Shown piece after piece: positions 46,270 to 59,678 of a stretch of DNA of 64,000 nucleotides; position 1 is the stretch's first letter; each line of letters opens with the position of its first letter. The stretch comes from Octopus bimaculoides (Eukaryota), in assembly GCF_001194135.2 (NCBI RefSeq), contig NC_068983.1:166678292-166742291 (forward strand). The letters run 5' to 3'. The position numbers and the translations under genes are program-made. The notes beneath the pieces are model-generated. The model did no database searches and was not told where the DNA came from. It saw nothing but the letters and a program-made list of their open reading frames with translations.

Positions 46270-48120
46270 CAGGGGTTCTTAACCTTTTTACTACCATGCC
46301 TCCCCTAGGAATTTGTCCTTCTCTCTATTCCCCCCCCCCTTGCATCTATGAATAAAATTCCCTCCCAGATTCATAGCAAAAAGAAGGTTTTTTTTTTATT
46401 GAATATGAATTTGTCACATTATTAGCTACAAGCTACAAGATCTTGAATGCCAAAGAGTGCACAACGTAAGTCCCTTTCGACATTCAGCCTGTTCCTGTCC
46501 TTGGTCTTGATAGCAATGAGTGTGGAAAATGCAGCTTCACAGACATACGTGGATGCAAACATAGCTAAAATCCGAAGAGCCTAATGAAAGATCAGAGGGT
46601 AAACAGGAAGATACTTGATCCAGAATGTTTCAAGATCCAGTTCTTTGAAGTCTTCCTTAGCTGGGGAATTGAACTTCAGCTCAAGAAACTCTTCTTGCAC
46701 TTCATCCAAAACATCGTCATTTTACACTGAAATGGGTTCCTGGTGGATTTCCAAGCTTCACGCTTTTCATCTATATCTGGGAAGTATTTGGGGAATTCTG
46801 TTTTGAAGTCAGTTAGATGAGTAATTATTTGTTTCTTTAACTCAGAACCAAGGCTACTGTGAATGAGAGCAGAATCCAAGTAACTGGGGTTGTATTTCCT
46901 TGCTGAATTCGACATTTCCAGAGGTCGAGTTTGGCCATGAAGGTTTAAATGGTGTCTTGGTGTGTGAGAATGTTGATGTTTTCCCCTTGTAGTTTAAGGT
47001 TGGGAGCATTCAACGCTTCAAAGATGTCCACCAGGTAAGCAAGAGATAGCTGAAAGCCATCTCAGACTGGAACTTGTCATGGAGATCTGCCTTGTGCTGC
47101 AAATCAAGAAATATTGCTACTTCTTCTCGTAGTTCATAAAGCCATCCAAGCATGTTCCCCTTTGATAGTCATTGTACGTTTATGTGAAAAAGCAATGCTT
47201 CATGTTCAGATTCCATATCTTTACACAACAGTTTGAAAGGCTCCACCTTTAACAACCTTGACAACCTTGATAGCCACGTTCAGGACATTTCTCATTTCAG
47301 TAGGTAAGCTTCTGGATGCTGAGGTTTCACAATGAAGTATGCAGTTTTTTACCTACAACAGATCGATATTTTTTCTTTCACCCAAGTAATGAATCCAGAC
47401 TGCAGACCAAGCATGGCTGGAGCTCCATCAGTGCACGTCCCTACCAGCGAACCCCACAAAAGTTGGTTTCCCTGAAAGAAGTTTGACACATCACAAAAAA
47501 TAGCTGCTGCTGTTGTACAACTCCCCATAGGGTGACAGAACAACATTTCCTTTTTGACACAGTTGCCTGACACAAAACAAGCATATGCCAGAAGCTGAGA
47601 ACACTGAATGATGTCAGTCATTTCATCACACTGGATGGCAAAAACAGGAGAATCTCTTTCTTGATGTCTTGAGACAAGTTGTTGATCCTTCCCTTGACTG
47701 TATCATTTGATAGTGAAATCTAGGAAAGCTTGTTTGCACCATCTTTCCCCAGAATGAGTTCTGCTGCATGAAGTAGACTTGGTTTTATTAGAGATTCTCT
47801 GAGGTTATGGCTCTTCTTGCACTTTGCAATCTCAGCAACCAATGAAAATTGATGCCAAAATGCCCCAATACCATCCAACTTAGCTTGCTTCAAGGAATGT
47901 CTTTTTGTTTCAAAGAATGCCTCGGGCTTGTCTGCAAGAGCAGGATGTGTTGTCCTCAAGTGGCGTTCCAAGCATGAGGGTCGCATTCCGTCATTGCTCA
48001 AAGTTTTGTAACATATCACACACTGGGGGACTTCTGTGTCACCCTTTTTGGGGGACACGAATCCAAATTGAATATATTTGTCAAGATACTTCTGTTTCTT
48101 TGCACTCCTTGCAAATTATT
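46270..48120 (-). mobile_element. hAT DNA transposon, Buster/Charlie group; 3' TIR present, 5' end not found
   Basis: TIR CAGGGGTTCTTAACCTTTT preceded by CTCTACAG (nnnTAnnn target consensus of Buster elements). Confidence 0.85.
46400..48110 (-). pseudogene. Buster-type hAT transposase (ZBED5/ZBED8/SCAND3-like), frameshifted
   Basis: YIQFGF, BED finger PQCVIC..LERHLRTTH, ISLSNDTV, FAIQCDEMTD, CTDGAPAMLG, CILHCE, LFHINVQ*LSKG (RW motif lost), FASTYVCEAAFS dimerisation motif. Confidence 0.92.
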
Positions 48121-48559
48121 TGATGTGCAGTGGACAACAGAAATATGTGAAGAAAAGATAAGGCGTGTGTAAGGTAGGAGGAGGATATATATATATCACT
48201 GGGAGAATATATATGAAGGTTTGGATTGTGTGTGGTCATTTAACAGGCTCTTTGCCTGCCAAAGGTCAGCAGAATGAAAGCTGACCTGGAGCTATACAAC
48301 AACATATCAGCCAATGAAAGAATGTCTGTGTGGTCATTTGAATGCTAGAAATAGAAACCAAATCTTCCTCAAACAACACCCTGCCATATTTAACATAAAA
48401 AAAAGGATACTGAAGATAATGTAGGTTGTAGATATGTCTCTGGAAAGAAAAAAATCCTGTAGGATGGTCATGACTGGAATGCTTTTGATCTTCTTGTCAG
48501 AATTGACTAGGGTTAAATAGAAGTAATAATAATACATAAACAAACTGGATAGTTCTCCA

Positions 48560-48690
48560 TTGGTAGGTTATTGATCCCAAAAGATAAAGTCGATCCCGAT
48601 AGGATTTGAACTCAGATCATAAAGAGAAGGAGCAAATACCATAAGGTAAGTCTATTCTAACACTCTAACAACTGTGCCGACTCCCCACAT
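48560..48690 (-). mobile_element. SINE family B fragment
   Basis: TTGATCCCAAAAGATAAAGTCGA..GGATTTGAACTCAGA. Confidence 0.5.
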
Positions 48691-48920
48691 ACTGTGTATA
48701 ATGTATCTACTCCATAAATCCAAATGGTTGAACGTCAATACGTAGACAGCCGGCTGTGTGACTAACAACAGTCAGCTATGAACCAAATGGTGACATAACA
48801 ACACAACCAGACAAAAACGTGTTACTCAATTGTATTTTTAGTGTCACAGTGAGAAATAATTTGATCTGGTTAACAATTTGTTCTAAATATATTTCTCAAA
48901 TGTAGCTCATTATTATTTAA

Positions 48921-49205
48921 CTCTTTTCATGTCAACCTACCTGCGACCACCCCTGCCTTTATGAGACAAACTTCTTGTTTGAAATTCTTCTAACAAGTTT
49001 CATGCTAATTTATACGCTCCAAATACCAGATTAATAACGACAAAGTTATTTTATTAAATTCTTCAGTATTTTCAACTTTAACTGAAACATTCAAACCAAC
49101 CACAACCAACCCAAGTATTCTGTTTTATGATCAAACGAGCCAGATCCAGCCTCTCACACCTACCCTACAATGTCATTCTAAAAATAAACAATCACATTGT
49201 AATAC
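48921..49205. mobile_element. piggyBac-like MITE fragments of two families
   Basis: TTAA-CTCTTTT start matches 28.7-28.9 kb; 49135-49200 (CCTCTCACACCTACCCTACAATGTCATTCTAAAA) matches the 18.6-19.1 kb MITE reversed. Confidence 0.5.
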
Positions 49206-50249
49206 CTCGTAAAGTGAGGTATTACTGCATATGTTAGCAAAGTTGAGCCAAATGAGCATTTATTAAAAAAAAATTTGCTAATTTTATTTGTGTTGGGTGA
49301 TTAGTTATTTAGGAAGAAAATTCAATTTTGTTCTATTCTATATATGGAATTTGTTCATGGTCAGGGCGAATTCAGGTTAACATGCAGTTTAGGGGTTTAA
49401 AAAACATTAAAGTAAATTAACAAGAAATGATGACATTGAAATCATAAAGAGACAAAAAACAACAACAACAATTGGGCTTACACAACCACAACAACAACAA
49501 CAAGCTAATGAATTGTGGCCTCCTTTACCTGGTCTCTTGACTCGCTACACACAACAGCCAAACTTTTGTCAAATCACAATCTACTTTAGAAGTTATCCTA
49601 TATGATAATTAAATGTATTATAATCTAGTTTTATCATCTTAATGAACAATGTAATAAAGTATTATTGTTTTTAGATTATCATTTTTATTATGTATCAATT
49701 TATTTTATTTAAGATATTGATTTCTTGCATATACACAATGATAGATACAATGTCTCAAATATGAAACAGGGAAATCATCAATTGAATGTTTGTGACATAA
49801 CTTGTAAAAGGCAAACAGCAGCTACTGCGGAGAAAAAATCCTCTCTTATGGTAAAAAGTGCTTCCTTGATGCACCCATTGGCAGCTTTTTTTTCATTATA
49901 GTTTAGATATGTAAGTTAAACCTGAAGAAACAAACATGTCCCTCTCTAGAAACCCTTTTGATTATAATTGTTGTTATTTTGCTATACTCAGCTCCATGAT
50001 TCTAACTTCTTTGTGCAATGTTCTATTCACAGACCATCATGAGACAAACTTCATCCAAGGGATCCCACTTTTCTAAAACCTTTCTAATGAGTTGGTTCAT
50101 TATCATAAACATGTTAATTATAATAAAAACAAGTTAGATTATGTAGAAGGTTACAATAGCAAGTGACGTGTTGTTGAGGAAACTGTTTTCATTACTAATC
50201 AGACACAAAAAAGTAAGTCATATACAATTAGTGTTCATGTGCATGTGTG

Positions 50250-50285
<36 letters not shown>

Positions 50286-50302
50286 CATTGATACCCACAT
50301 AT

Positions 50303-51062
50303 CATTATCATCATCGTTTAACATCCGCTTTCCAAGCTGGCATGGGTTGGACAGTTTGACTGCAAACTGGCAAGCCAGGAAGCTGCACCAGGCTCCAATC
50401 TGATCTGGCAGAGTTTCTACAGCTGGATGCCCTTCCTAATGCCAACCACTCCAAGAGTGTAGTGGGTGCTTTTTATGTGCCACAGGCATGAGGGTCATTC
50501 AGGTGGTACTAGCATCAACGATGCTCAAATGGTGCTTTTTACATGCCACCGGCACAGGAGCCAGTCAGGCAGCATTGGCAACAATCACGCTCGAATGGTG
50601 CTTCTAACGTGCCACTGGCACGGGTGCCAATCAGGTGGTACTGTCATCAGCCACGACAATGATTTCACTTGCCTCAACAGGTATTCACAAGCGCAATTTA
50701 TTGCCCAATGATTGGAAGGTACTCTTAAATGGGTCAGTTATGCTGCACTGGCATAGGCCACGGTTATGGTCTTACTTGGCTTGCTGGGTCTTCTTAAGCA
50801 CAGCATATCTCTAAAGGTCTCTGTCACTTGTCATTGCCTCAGTGAGGCCCAATGTTCAAAGGTCATGCTTCACCACCTCATCCCAGGTCTTCCTGGGTCC
50901 ACTTCTTCCACAGGTTCCCTCCACTGTTAGAGTGTGACACTTTTTCACAAAGCTGTCCTCAACCATACACAACACATGACCATACCAGCACAGTCGTCTC
51001 TCTTGCACACCACATCTGATGCTTTTTAAGTCCAACTTTTCTCTCTGGGTGCTTACACTCAG
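50303..51062 (-). mobile_element. 5'-truncated RTE LINE: ORF C-terminus, full 3'UTR with three ~63-bp units, tail
   Basis: REKLDLKSIRCGVQERRLCWYGHV..GPRKTWDEVVKHDL..KTQQAK* (TAA 50772-50774), UTR, (CAT)n. Confidence 0.9.
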
Positions 51063-51119
<57 letters not shown>

Positions 51120-51177
51120 CACATACATAAACACATAAATAAATCCATATGTGTGTGTGTGTGTGTAAAAAATAATA

Positions 51178-51320
51178 GTGACATGACGGTTGTAAATGAG
51201 CATCACCATGAAGCAAAGGGGAAACTATGACCTTCCTTGGAAACTGGTGAGAGTTGGCAACAGGAAGGGCATCCAGCAGAAGAAAATAATCTGCCCCATT
51301 AAATTCCATGATGATGGTGA
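51178..51320 (+). mobile_element. RTE-related 3'-end fragment (R2)
   Basis: GAGTTGGCAACAGGAAGGGCATCCAGC. Confidence 0.55.
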
Positions 51321-51404
51321 GGATTTTAATTCCAATAATATGTGCCTATGTTATAAAGCCATTCTTATGATTTAGCAAAATAACAAGTGTGCAAGGGACA
51401 AGGG

Positions 51405-51580
51405 ATGTAATTCTGCAAGCAAAGCCTGTCTGTTATGCTTTCATTAGAATAAAATTCAATGATAACATCCTTGAGAAATGCATGAACATCACAACCTCTC
51501 ATTCTTCCTTTTAAAACAGAGTCAAAAGAGAAGTGTGATGAATGTTTTGAGCACTTCATGGTGAACATAAATGCTGGCAA
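51405..51580 (+). pseudogene. possible Tc1-like transposase HTH remnant
   Basis: FIRIKFNDNILEKCMNITTS..NRVKREV weakly resembles Tc1-like RI.F.RNPRRSM...S..SVRRIV; stops present. Confidence 0.25.
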
Positions 51581-52323
51581 GGGTGAGCGGCTAAGAAATT
51601 CATTTTGTCACTCAATGGACTGAAGTTCAATCTCACTACGCAGCACCTTGAGCATGTATCTTCTACCACAGTGATACAGAGTGCTCAGGGGCCACACAGT
51701 CAAAAAATAAATATCAATAATAATAGATATTAATAATCCAACGTTTAGGGTGGAAAATACTTGCCCTACCCCAGGTGCTGGCAAGCCAGGCAGTTACACC
51801 TGTCACCCCATAATCCTTGGTGAGTTGAATCTGGAAACTTGTCAGTGAGAGATTTTGAGTTTTTGGAGTGATATACATAATCTGTATCACCTGGTCTAAG
51901 TGACTCTGTTACCTGCCCGTGGGTACCTTTAGCAGAGTCAGTTCTGTTGCGGATATTCTGGACAAATCTCCAGTTGACAGGCGACCTCTTCAATTCCTTC
52001 AGCTTGTCTCAGAGATTTTGGAAGCCAGGATTAAGTGACTGACATTCCTCTTCTGACTCAGTCACACAAAAGAAAGAGAAAACAATTCTGCAAAGAAATA
52101 AATATGCATGAGCATAACAGGTTTTGTGGGGGGGGGGGNNNNNNNNNNNNNNNNNNNNNNNNNNNNNNNNNNNNNNNNNNNNNNNNNNNNNNNNNNNNNN
52201 NNNNNNNNNNNNNNNNNNNNNNNNNNNNNNNNNNNNNNNNNNNNNNNNNNNNNNNNNNNNNNNNNNNNNNNNNNNNNNNNNNNNNNNNNNNNNNNNNNNN
52301 NNNNNNNNNNNNNNNNNNNNNNN

Positions 52324-52363
<40 letters not shown>

Positions 52364-52592
52364 CTTACTTCTCTTATGACTTTTGCCAAGCAACCATCAG
52401 GCAAACACTTTGCAACAAGGGTGTTGAACCGAAATACCTTTCCATAAAACAATTGCTGCGTGTGTATGTGTGTATTTGTGTGCACGTGAGTGTGTGCGCT
52501 TGAGTGTGTGTGAGTGTGTGCGCGTGAGTGTGTGTGCATGAGTGTGTGTGAATGTGTGTATGCATGAGTGCATGCGTGTGTGTGTGTGTGTG
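52324..52592. repeat. (CA)n and degenerate (GT)n microsatellites
   Basis: Direct. Confidence 0.9.
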
Positions 52593-53129
52593 CATGGCAG
52601 TAACTCAATATGTTTACAATTAGTGCAGAAAATGTGAAAAAAATATAACAAGAATGTAGAAGAGAATTAGATATCCACCCAAACAGAAGTTTTCTCTCTC
52701 TATTTCATTGTAAATACAAATGTTTTTTTTAAAATTTATTTTGGAAATATATACTTCCCATACTTTACAAACTCTCTGTCTCTCTTACCCTCACCTCATA
52801 CACACACATCTATATTTACTATCTGGTACTTGGGTAAACTCAGATATAATAAAATTCCAGTTTTCTAAGCACCAGTTCATTGACATACACACATCTGACA
52901 GGCTTCTGTGCAGTTTCCATCTACCAAATTTCACTCATAAGGTTCTGTTTAACGTGAGTCAAAATTTAGTGTATGGAAACTTGCTGTCAGCATTTCAGTC
53001 TTTCAATATCCAAATATTTCTGGACAACACTGCAGTTTCTTTCTTTCCCTTATTGTTCAAAGTGAATTTGTTGTTGAAGGGACAGGTTTTGAAGTTTCCT
53101 TGGCACATTTTATTGAATTCAAGACAACT

Positions 53130-53320
53130 CACTTCACATCGTTACAAGCATTTCTTGTGGCTCTTTACATTCTAAGTTCAAATCCTGCTGAGATCAACTT
53201 TGCCATTTATCATTTCTGGGTCAGTAAATTGAAGTACCAATCAAGTATTGGAGTTAATGTAATTGATTTACCCCTCCCCTCAAAATGCTGGCTTTGTGCC
53301 AAAATTAGAAGGTGTTATTT
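53130..53320 (+). mobile_element. SINE family B
   Basis: AAGTTCAAATCC..GATCAACTTTGCCATTTATC..GCTGGCTTTGTGCCAAAATTAGAA. Confidence 0.65.
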
Positions 53321-54549
53321 ACTGCCAAAAAATTTAAAAAATTATAAAGCGATTAACTCCCCTAAAAAGTTAGATCATTAAACTTGAAAGCTGAATAAAA
53401 CCAAATATTAAGACTAGTTTGCTGCTTTTGGATTAAATATTGGATAAATAAATAGTCTTTGAATTATCAATAATATGTGCTACAAGCCTGATTTTTTCCA
53501 TATATTCCTTCATTATTTCTTTGTACAATGTTATGTCTTGGTCTATATTTTGGTTATCAAGTCCTTATGGGAACATGTTTTAAGTAAACACCAAAATCCA
53601 AATAATTGGACCTGAATATTTTTAAAACAGCACCTCCAGGTTTATTTCAATTTTTTTTTATATATATATTGTTTTCAGAATAAATTTTTACTATTTTACA
53701 TTTGACAAATAAATTTCAAGTTGAATTGTTAACACATCTGGGGTCTTTTACAACTTTTCATTATATTGTCTTATATCTATAGAGTGAGTCTTTAGTCATT
53801 AATCCATCTTTGGTTGGACACACTATCAAGTAGGTTGCATGTGAAAATGAAAATGAGTTTTTATCTATTTTTGTTAAGCCAGAATGTTTGTGTTTATGTG
53901 TACATGTATCTGATTTAATAAAACACGATTTGTGGTGTAACAAATGGAATAGTTAAAATTCTTCTCTAATACAACATCCTAGATAGTATTATGAAAATAG
54001 TTCATGGCTATTAAAGGGAGAAAAAATAGGAGATAGACCAAGTGCATGTAAGTAATGTGTGTAGGATTTGACATCAAGGTCAGAGCCTTTTGTCAAACAT
54101 GACACAAGTGAGGAAAAGTAAGAGGATAAGAGATCAACTCACTGAACAAAGCGACATGGATCCGTGTGACTTCTTGATCTGGGGCAGAGATCATCAGATT
54201 TTTAGAACTGTAAGCAAAAGTTTCTAGAACTTTTGATTAAGCTATTTGGCAAGAAAACCCACACACTTCTTTGATGTTCACTGTGTCGACCATAACTGGT
54301 CAACTAATATTGATTGGTCAAACCATATTGTGAAGGCATTAATGTCTTTTGTGGTAGTATTGTACGTTATGGTCCTGAACATAAAAGTATGTCATAAAAT
54401 ACTTCGTGGCAGCTTCTTCATGCAATCATTTCAGTTAAAAAAAATAATTTATTTGCCTTTCAATTGTTATAAGGTCATAAATTTTGGAAAAGGTAGAACT
54501 AGTTTAAAATGATCCAAACTATTCCAATATATGACAGGTAATTATTTTA

Positions 54550-54670
54550 TTAAACCCAAAATGATGACAAAAAAAAAAAATCAACCTTGATCGGTTTTGA
54601 ACTGAAAGACTGTGAAAGTATGAAAGGCATTTTGACTGGCAAACTCTACTGCTCCTGCCATTTCACCACC
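54550..54670 (-). mobile_element. SINE family B fragment, degenerate
   Basis: AAATCAACCTTGATCGGTTTTGAACTGA. Confidence 0.35.
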
Positions 54671-56120
54671 CACACTTAAATAGGAAAGAGGAATGACAGA
54701 AAGAGACCATAGGTACAGGTTTGAACATGGATAACGAGAGGACTTCTATGAAAGTCTAACTGTGAATACAATGGCAAAGTCTGAGACGTTTTGTAGCAAA
54801 CATTTTCAATTAGAATACTGCAGCATTATCACTAATCCAGAAGTGGAGTAAGTTTCTGTTCTAAAAGCTAGGAGAGATAGAAAATGGAAGTGGGGGCTGT
54901 CATAAAAAAAAAAGACTAATTACAGGATTTAATTTTAGGCCTCATAAATTTGACTTCCATCTCATTACATTTTGTTTTCTTTAATAAATTTTATAAATAT
55001 AATAATAATGTTCACCCAGTTGAATACATCTAGTTTACTAATATTCCTGTGTAGCTAGGTAAAAATTACCAGGGGGTAATTAATTTCCCCCTGTGATTCT
55101 AGACACTTGTTTAATACTCAGTTATGAAATAGAGCTTAAAACAAGGACCCAGATCTTATAAAATACCCACCAATGAAAGTATAGGGATTATTAAGAAGGT
55201 GGATTGTATTGCGTGACTGTCTCAAACTCAACCAGTTTTCTTTGGGCTATGATAGGATTAATATCAATTGTCCCTTTTTTTGTCTTTCCAGTAGATGTTT
55301 CTTTTAAAATTTAAATCTTAAAAGACTTTTGATTACTTAAATTAGGATAAATAAAAAAAATTAAAAAATAGAGGAAATAAAAGAAGTGAGATAGTAATGG
55401 TCACCAGCTTAACATTTTCCTTTATAGAAATTATAGACAGAAATTGTATTAGTTACCAGTTTATAAAAATGTTGCTTTAACCTATCAACACCCACACACA
55501 CAATGTCTAGGTATTGACAGATATAGCACATGATACTGTGGTATGTGTTACACTAAGGCGTAACACATACCACAATAAATTCAAATAGTGAAACCAAAGT
55601 AAATTTAAATCGACTTCTACACTATGTGGCAAAAAAGACCTCCTAGATTCAGCATCCTTGATAAATGTTTCAATAGCAAACACACAATGTACAACAATCC
55701 AAACCACAACAGGTACTAAAATATAAAACAGTTGAACATCAGCTACTTAAAGACATCGTTACCTTCTGCCTATCTTTACTAGTGTCATGACAATGGTTGT
55801 GTGAAATATGGGAGGTTTTTCTGCTGTACCTTGTATTAACAAGAAAAGAGACAAAGTAAGTAAAAAGTGTGAAGGTGAAATATTGATATATTTGTAATAC
55901 GATCCCAACTTCTGAGTGACAGTTACTCTACTTAATGAGAAAAGAGCAGACAAGGGTAAAAAAAGAAAACAACCTTCTCTCTGCTAAAACCAACAGCTAA
56001 ATGGGCAAAACATTTACAATGGGGCCCCATGAGAGTTGCAGTATTAGCAACATATTAGATACAAAAATCATCTGCCAAGCAAACTCAAAAAGGATTTCAC
56101 CAAGGAGAGGATGAATCGAT

Positions 56121-56445
56121 GATGGTGCTTTTACGTGACACCGGCACGAGGGTCAGTCAGGCAGTACTGGCAACAGCCACACTCAAAATGGTGTTTTTTA
56201 CGTGCCACCTGCACAGAAACCAGTTCAGCGGCACTGCAATGACCTCGCTCGAATGCTTTTTTCACGTGCCACCGGCACAAGTGCCAGTAAGGCGACACTG
56301 GTAACAATCACACTTAAATGGTGCCATTGACATGCCACCGGCACAGAAGCCAGACAGCTGTTCTGGCAATGATCACGCTCAGACGGTGCTGTTAGCACTT
56401 CACTGGCACAGGTGCCAGTCATCGAATTTGGTTCAGTTTCCACGA
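56121..56445 (-). repeat. ~65-bp minisatellite derived from the RTE 3'UTR unit, five copies
   Basis: TGGTGCTTTTACGTGCCACCGGCAC..CAGTCAGGC..CTGGCAA..CACGCTC repeated; same unit as 50465-50660. Confidence 0.85.
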
Positions 56446-56569
56446 TTCATATTCAAGTTTTGTCTTTAAATGTTGTCTTGTTTAAAATCTGTGAAGATTT
56501 GAGGTGTTATTTGTAATTTCAGCCATATAACATTATATAGATATTGCTTGATATTGTAAACATGGTAAA

Positions 56570-56890
56570 TGTGCATGGCTTAGTGGTTAGGGCATTTGGC
56601 TCACAATTGTAAGGTCATAAGTTCAATACCCAGCAGTGCATTGTCCTTGAGCAACATATTTTATTTCCTGTTGCACCGGTCCACTCAGCTGGTAAAAGTG
56701 AGTTGTACCTGTAATTCAAAGGGGCCAGCCTTGTCACACTCTGTGTGCCATGTTGAATCTCCCTGAGAACTCTGTTAAGGTTATGTGTGTCTGTGGAGTG
56801 CTCAGCTACTTGCACATTAATTTCACAAGCAGGCTGTTCCGTTGAATGGATCAACTGGAACCCTCATTGTCCAAACCGACAAAGTGCTAC
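56570..56890 (+). mobile_element. SINE family C with alternative tail (C2)
   Basis: GCATGGCTTAGTGGTTAGGG, GTCCTTGAGCAA, GGTCCACTCAGCTGG, then a tail unlike the 18.7/27.6 kb copies. Confidence 0.75.
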
Positions 56891-57174
56891 ATGTAAACAT
56901 GGTGGCAAATTTTTATTTGGAAACAAATGATATCAAACACATTCACATCAAACCATCAACTCAAACATTACAGTTATCTCGATATGACCACCTTCCTTGA
57001 AAATACAGACTCATGCACCCTCACCCAGGCCATCTGTGCCTCCATCCCATATAGCCAATCCTTGTCCACTTGGGGTCAAGTTGTAAATTAATTATTTACC
57101 ATTAATGTGAGACTAAAAATTAAACTTTTGCATCAACTTCAAATGACTATTTTCTGGGAGGAACCCCAGTTGGC

Positions 57175-57320
57175 ATGTACAAAATTTCAATTACAAGACT
57201 TTGGTTGGCTCAAGACTACAGCAGAAGACACTTGCTGGAGGTACCATGCAGTAGAACAGAACCCAAAACAATGTCACTGCTAGTAAATTTCTTACCCACA
57301 CAACCAACAACCATGCCTGT
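57175..57320 (-). mobile_element. SINE family A, 5' part
   Basis: ACAAGACTTTGGTTGGC..GAAGACACTTGC..AGAACCCAAAAC. Confidence 0.55.
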
Positions 57321-59678
57321 CCTCAGAATAATGGAAAGAAAAGAGGAAATAGATACCAAGACATGAAGAGTAAATTCTTTTGGCAGTTTTGCGTTTTATA
57401 ATCAGAAAGTGAAAATTGAAATATTGACCCTATTTGGCAATCTTCAGATGAATGTGTTAAAGAGGCTACCCCAATGTTTTTAGTTTCGAAGATGGCAATC
57501 CCTGCCACCACAAAAAATTGCTTTGAAATATTTAATCCTCTCCGCCTCCAATTTTTTTTTTTAATTCCCCGTTAAAAAAAGCAAGAGAATATACTTCTAA
57601 AAAAAAACATTGTTTTTTTTTTTTCACATTTCTGGAGGGGGTGGTGACGTTAATCTGTTAATTTTGCACTTTCACTTGGTGATCGTAAGACGAAAGAATG
57701 CCATATTTTTTTTAGGGGTGTAGTTTTTAGAGTGACTGGGGAAAGTGTAGATGATATCTGTGCAAGGAAAGGATGGCGAAAACTATAACAAAAATAAACG
57801 TTGAACGAAAGGAAATGCATACGAGAATGACAAGATTACCAGAATAAACATGTAATCATGTCTAATAATACTTAAAAAAAAAACAGTGAAAGGGAATTAC
57901 TTAAGAGAAATTGCGTGTGGAAAGAGGAAAGATCATAGAAAAACGAGTAGGTGTTTGACTTCAGATTTCCAGGTCTATGATATTTTATTCCACCTCATTT
58001 AAGAGACACCCAAATGTTGAAATTACGAGACGAGAAGTTTCCGTTATTAAAAGGAATTTGCTTTGCTTCCTTCGTATATATATAGCTATTAAAGGCTTAT
58101 TCGAAAGTTATTAAAGTTAATTACGGAACACAGTTTGTCATGCGTCCCGTTTTTGAAATAGGTTCTCGGTGCAATGTTTAAGAGTTTGGTTGGTATATAG
58201 AATATCATCAGAGTCTCTGAGAGGAAATGAAGTGAGCTGGGAGTGTTTAATTTATTTTGGGACACCGTGTCAGGATAGATGTGAAAAGGGGACAGTAACG
58301 AGGAGGAGGAGGGCGGAAACAGAAGTGAAAAAAGATAAAAGAATCATAGATCGGTAGATGGAAATGGAAGGATAACAGTGGCGGCTAACAAAACAAAGAG
58401 AAAAATCAATAATAATAAGTTTGTTTCAATTTTTCATTCATTTCCACTATTTTAAAAATATCTAAAAGTTGAGAGCAATAAGTTTTATAACCTGGTTAAT
58501 GAAGACAGGAAATGCTTTCTTGCAAATTTGTTAATTTTTGTCTCTAAACAGAAGTTATTAAGAGCAAAAAATAATTATCGTATAAAGGAAAGCGAAGCCT
58601 AATTTTTAATAGCTTAAATCATTTCCCAATCTACTTTGCAAACTATATATTTCCTTCCAAACCCCGTCCGATTACTTTTATTTGAAGAGCAACGAAGTCA
58701 ATATAACATTTGCTAAATGCAAGTCAGAATATGCTTCGCTGAGAAGGGCTAACAAGACCAAAACATGTCCGGAGTTATCCTACATACCAACGCTCAGCCC
58801 ACCCCTCCCCTCTCCACAGCATGCTTCCATTCAGTTTGGATTTCTGAGTTGGTTCTTTTGCTTTCTTAACAAGTATTGTCATCGGAGTGATGACTTTGTT
58901 CTTGCTAAAACCTATAATTTAAATTTGGTATACTTTTGAAGAGAGAGGGGAGCTCACAACATTTAAGTCAGTGCTCCAATTAACTATATATTATACATAC
59001 AGAAGACATCCCTGGGAAATGTTCTCTTGGCAATCTTACACAAGCCACGCGTCAGGGAGATAATTATTTCATTACTTTTATTTACAAGGAAAATATTTCA
59101 ATGAACTTTTTTTATAAGATACTAAGAATTAAAAAAAAAATTATATCTATTTTCCGTTGTTCTTTTTCCATGTTATGATATGCTTTCTACGTAATGCAAA
59201 GAAAGCGCTGACTTATCAGTCTGTTCTTGGGGGAAATCATGGAAAAGGCAAAAGATTATAATTCAGGATGAAATTTATCTAAATATCTAAAATTTTCATT
59301 ATTTTTGAATACCAGAAAAACACTGGTGATAAAATAATAACATTAACAGAAAGAAAAAAAAACCGGCATTCTTTAACGAAAGATTGCCAAAAAAAAAACT
59401 CTATAAAGCATTGTTTTTTTTTTCTAATTTAAATATATTCGTGACTTACTCCAAAACTGTGTAAACGAATTTCTCTTCTGGCTATAACATCTCAATTATC
59501 CTTGATATTTTCTTTTTAATCTTCTTAGTGAATCTGGTGAAATGGTAAAGTCATGAAAATAGGATCAGTGACATAGTTCTTCGTACGTATAACAACAGTA
59601 TCAGGGTGAAAGACATTGGTAGAGTAACAAACCAATATTCTTTCTCTTCCGCCCTCCAATTCGCTCTTTATTGTCTTA

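Noticed and set aside
48120-48540. 5' TIR and second TSD of the Buster element
   Set aside because: No AACCCCTG/AACCACTG followed by CTCTACAG; the ACACCCTG at ~48375 belongs to another repeat family.
51766-51993. 75-aa minus-strand ORF ending CNCLACQH, with a possible upstream acceptor
   Set aside because: All three frames after the acceptor-like site hit stops; resemblance to integrase C-termini is too weak.
56121-56445. CRISPR-like array
   Set aside because: Whole units are homologous with no unique spacers, they derive from the RTE 3'UTR, and the context is eukaryotic.
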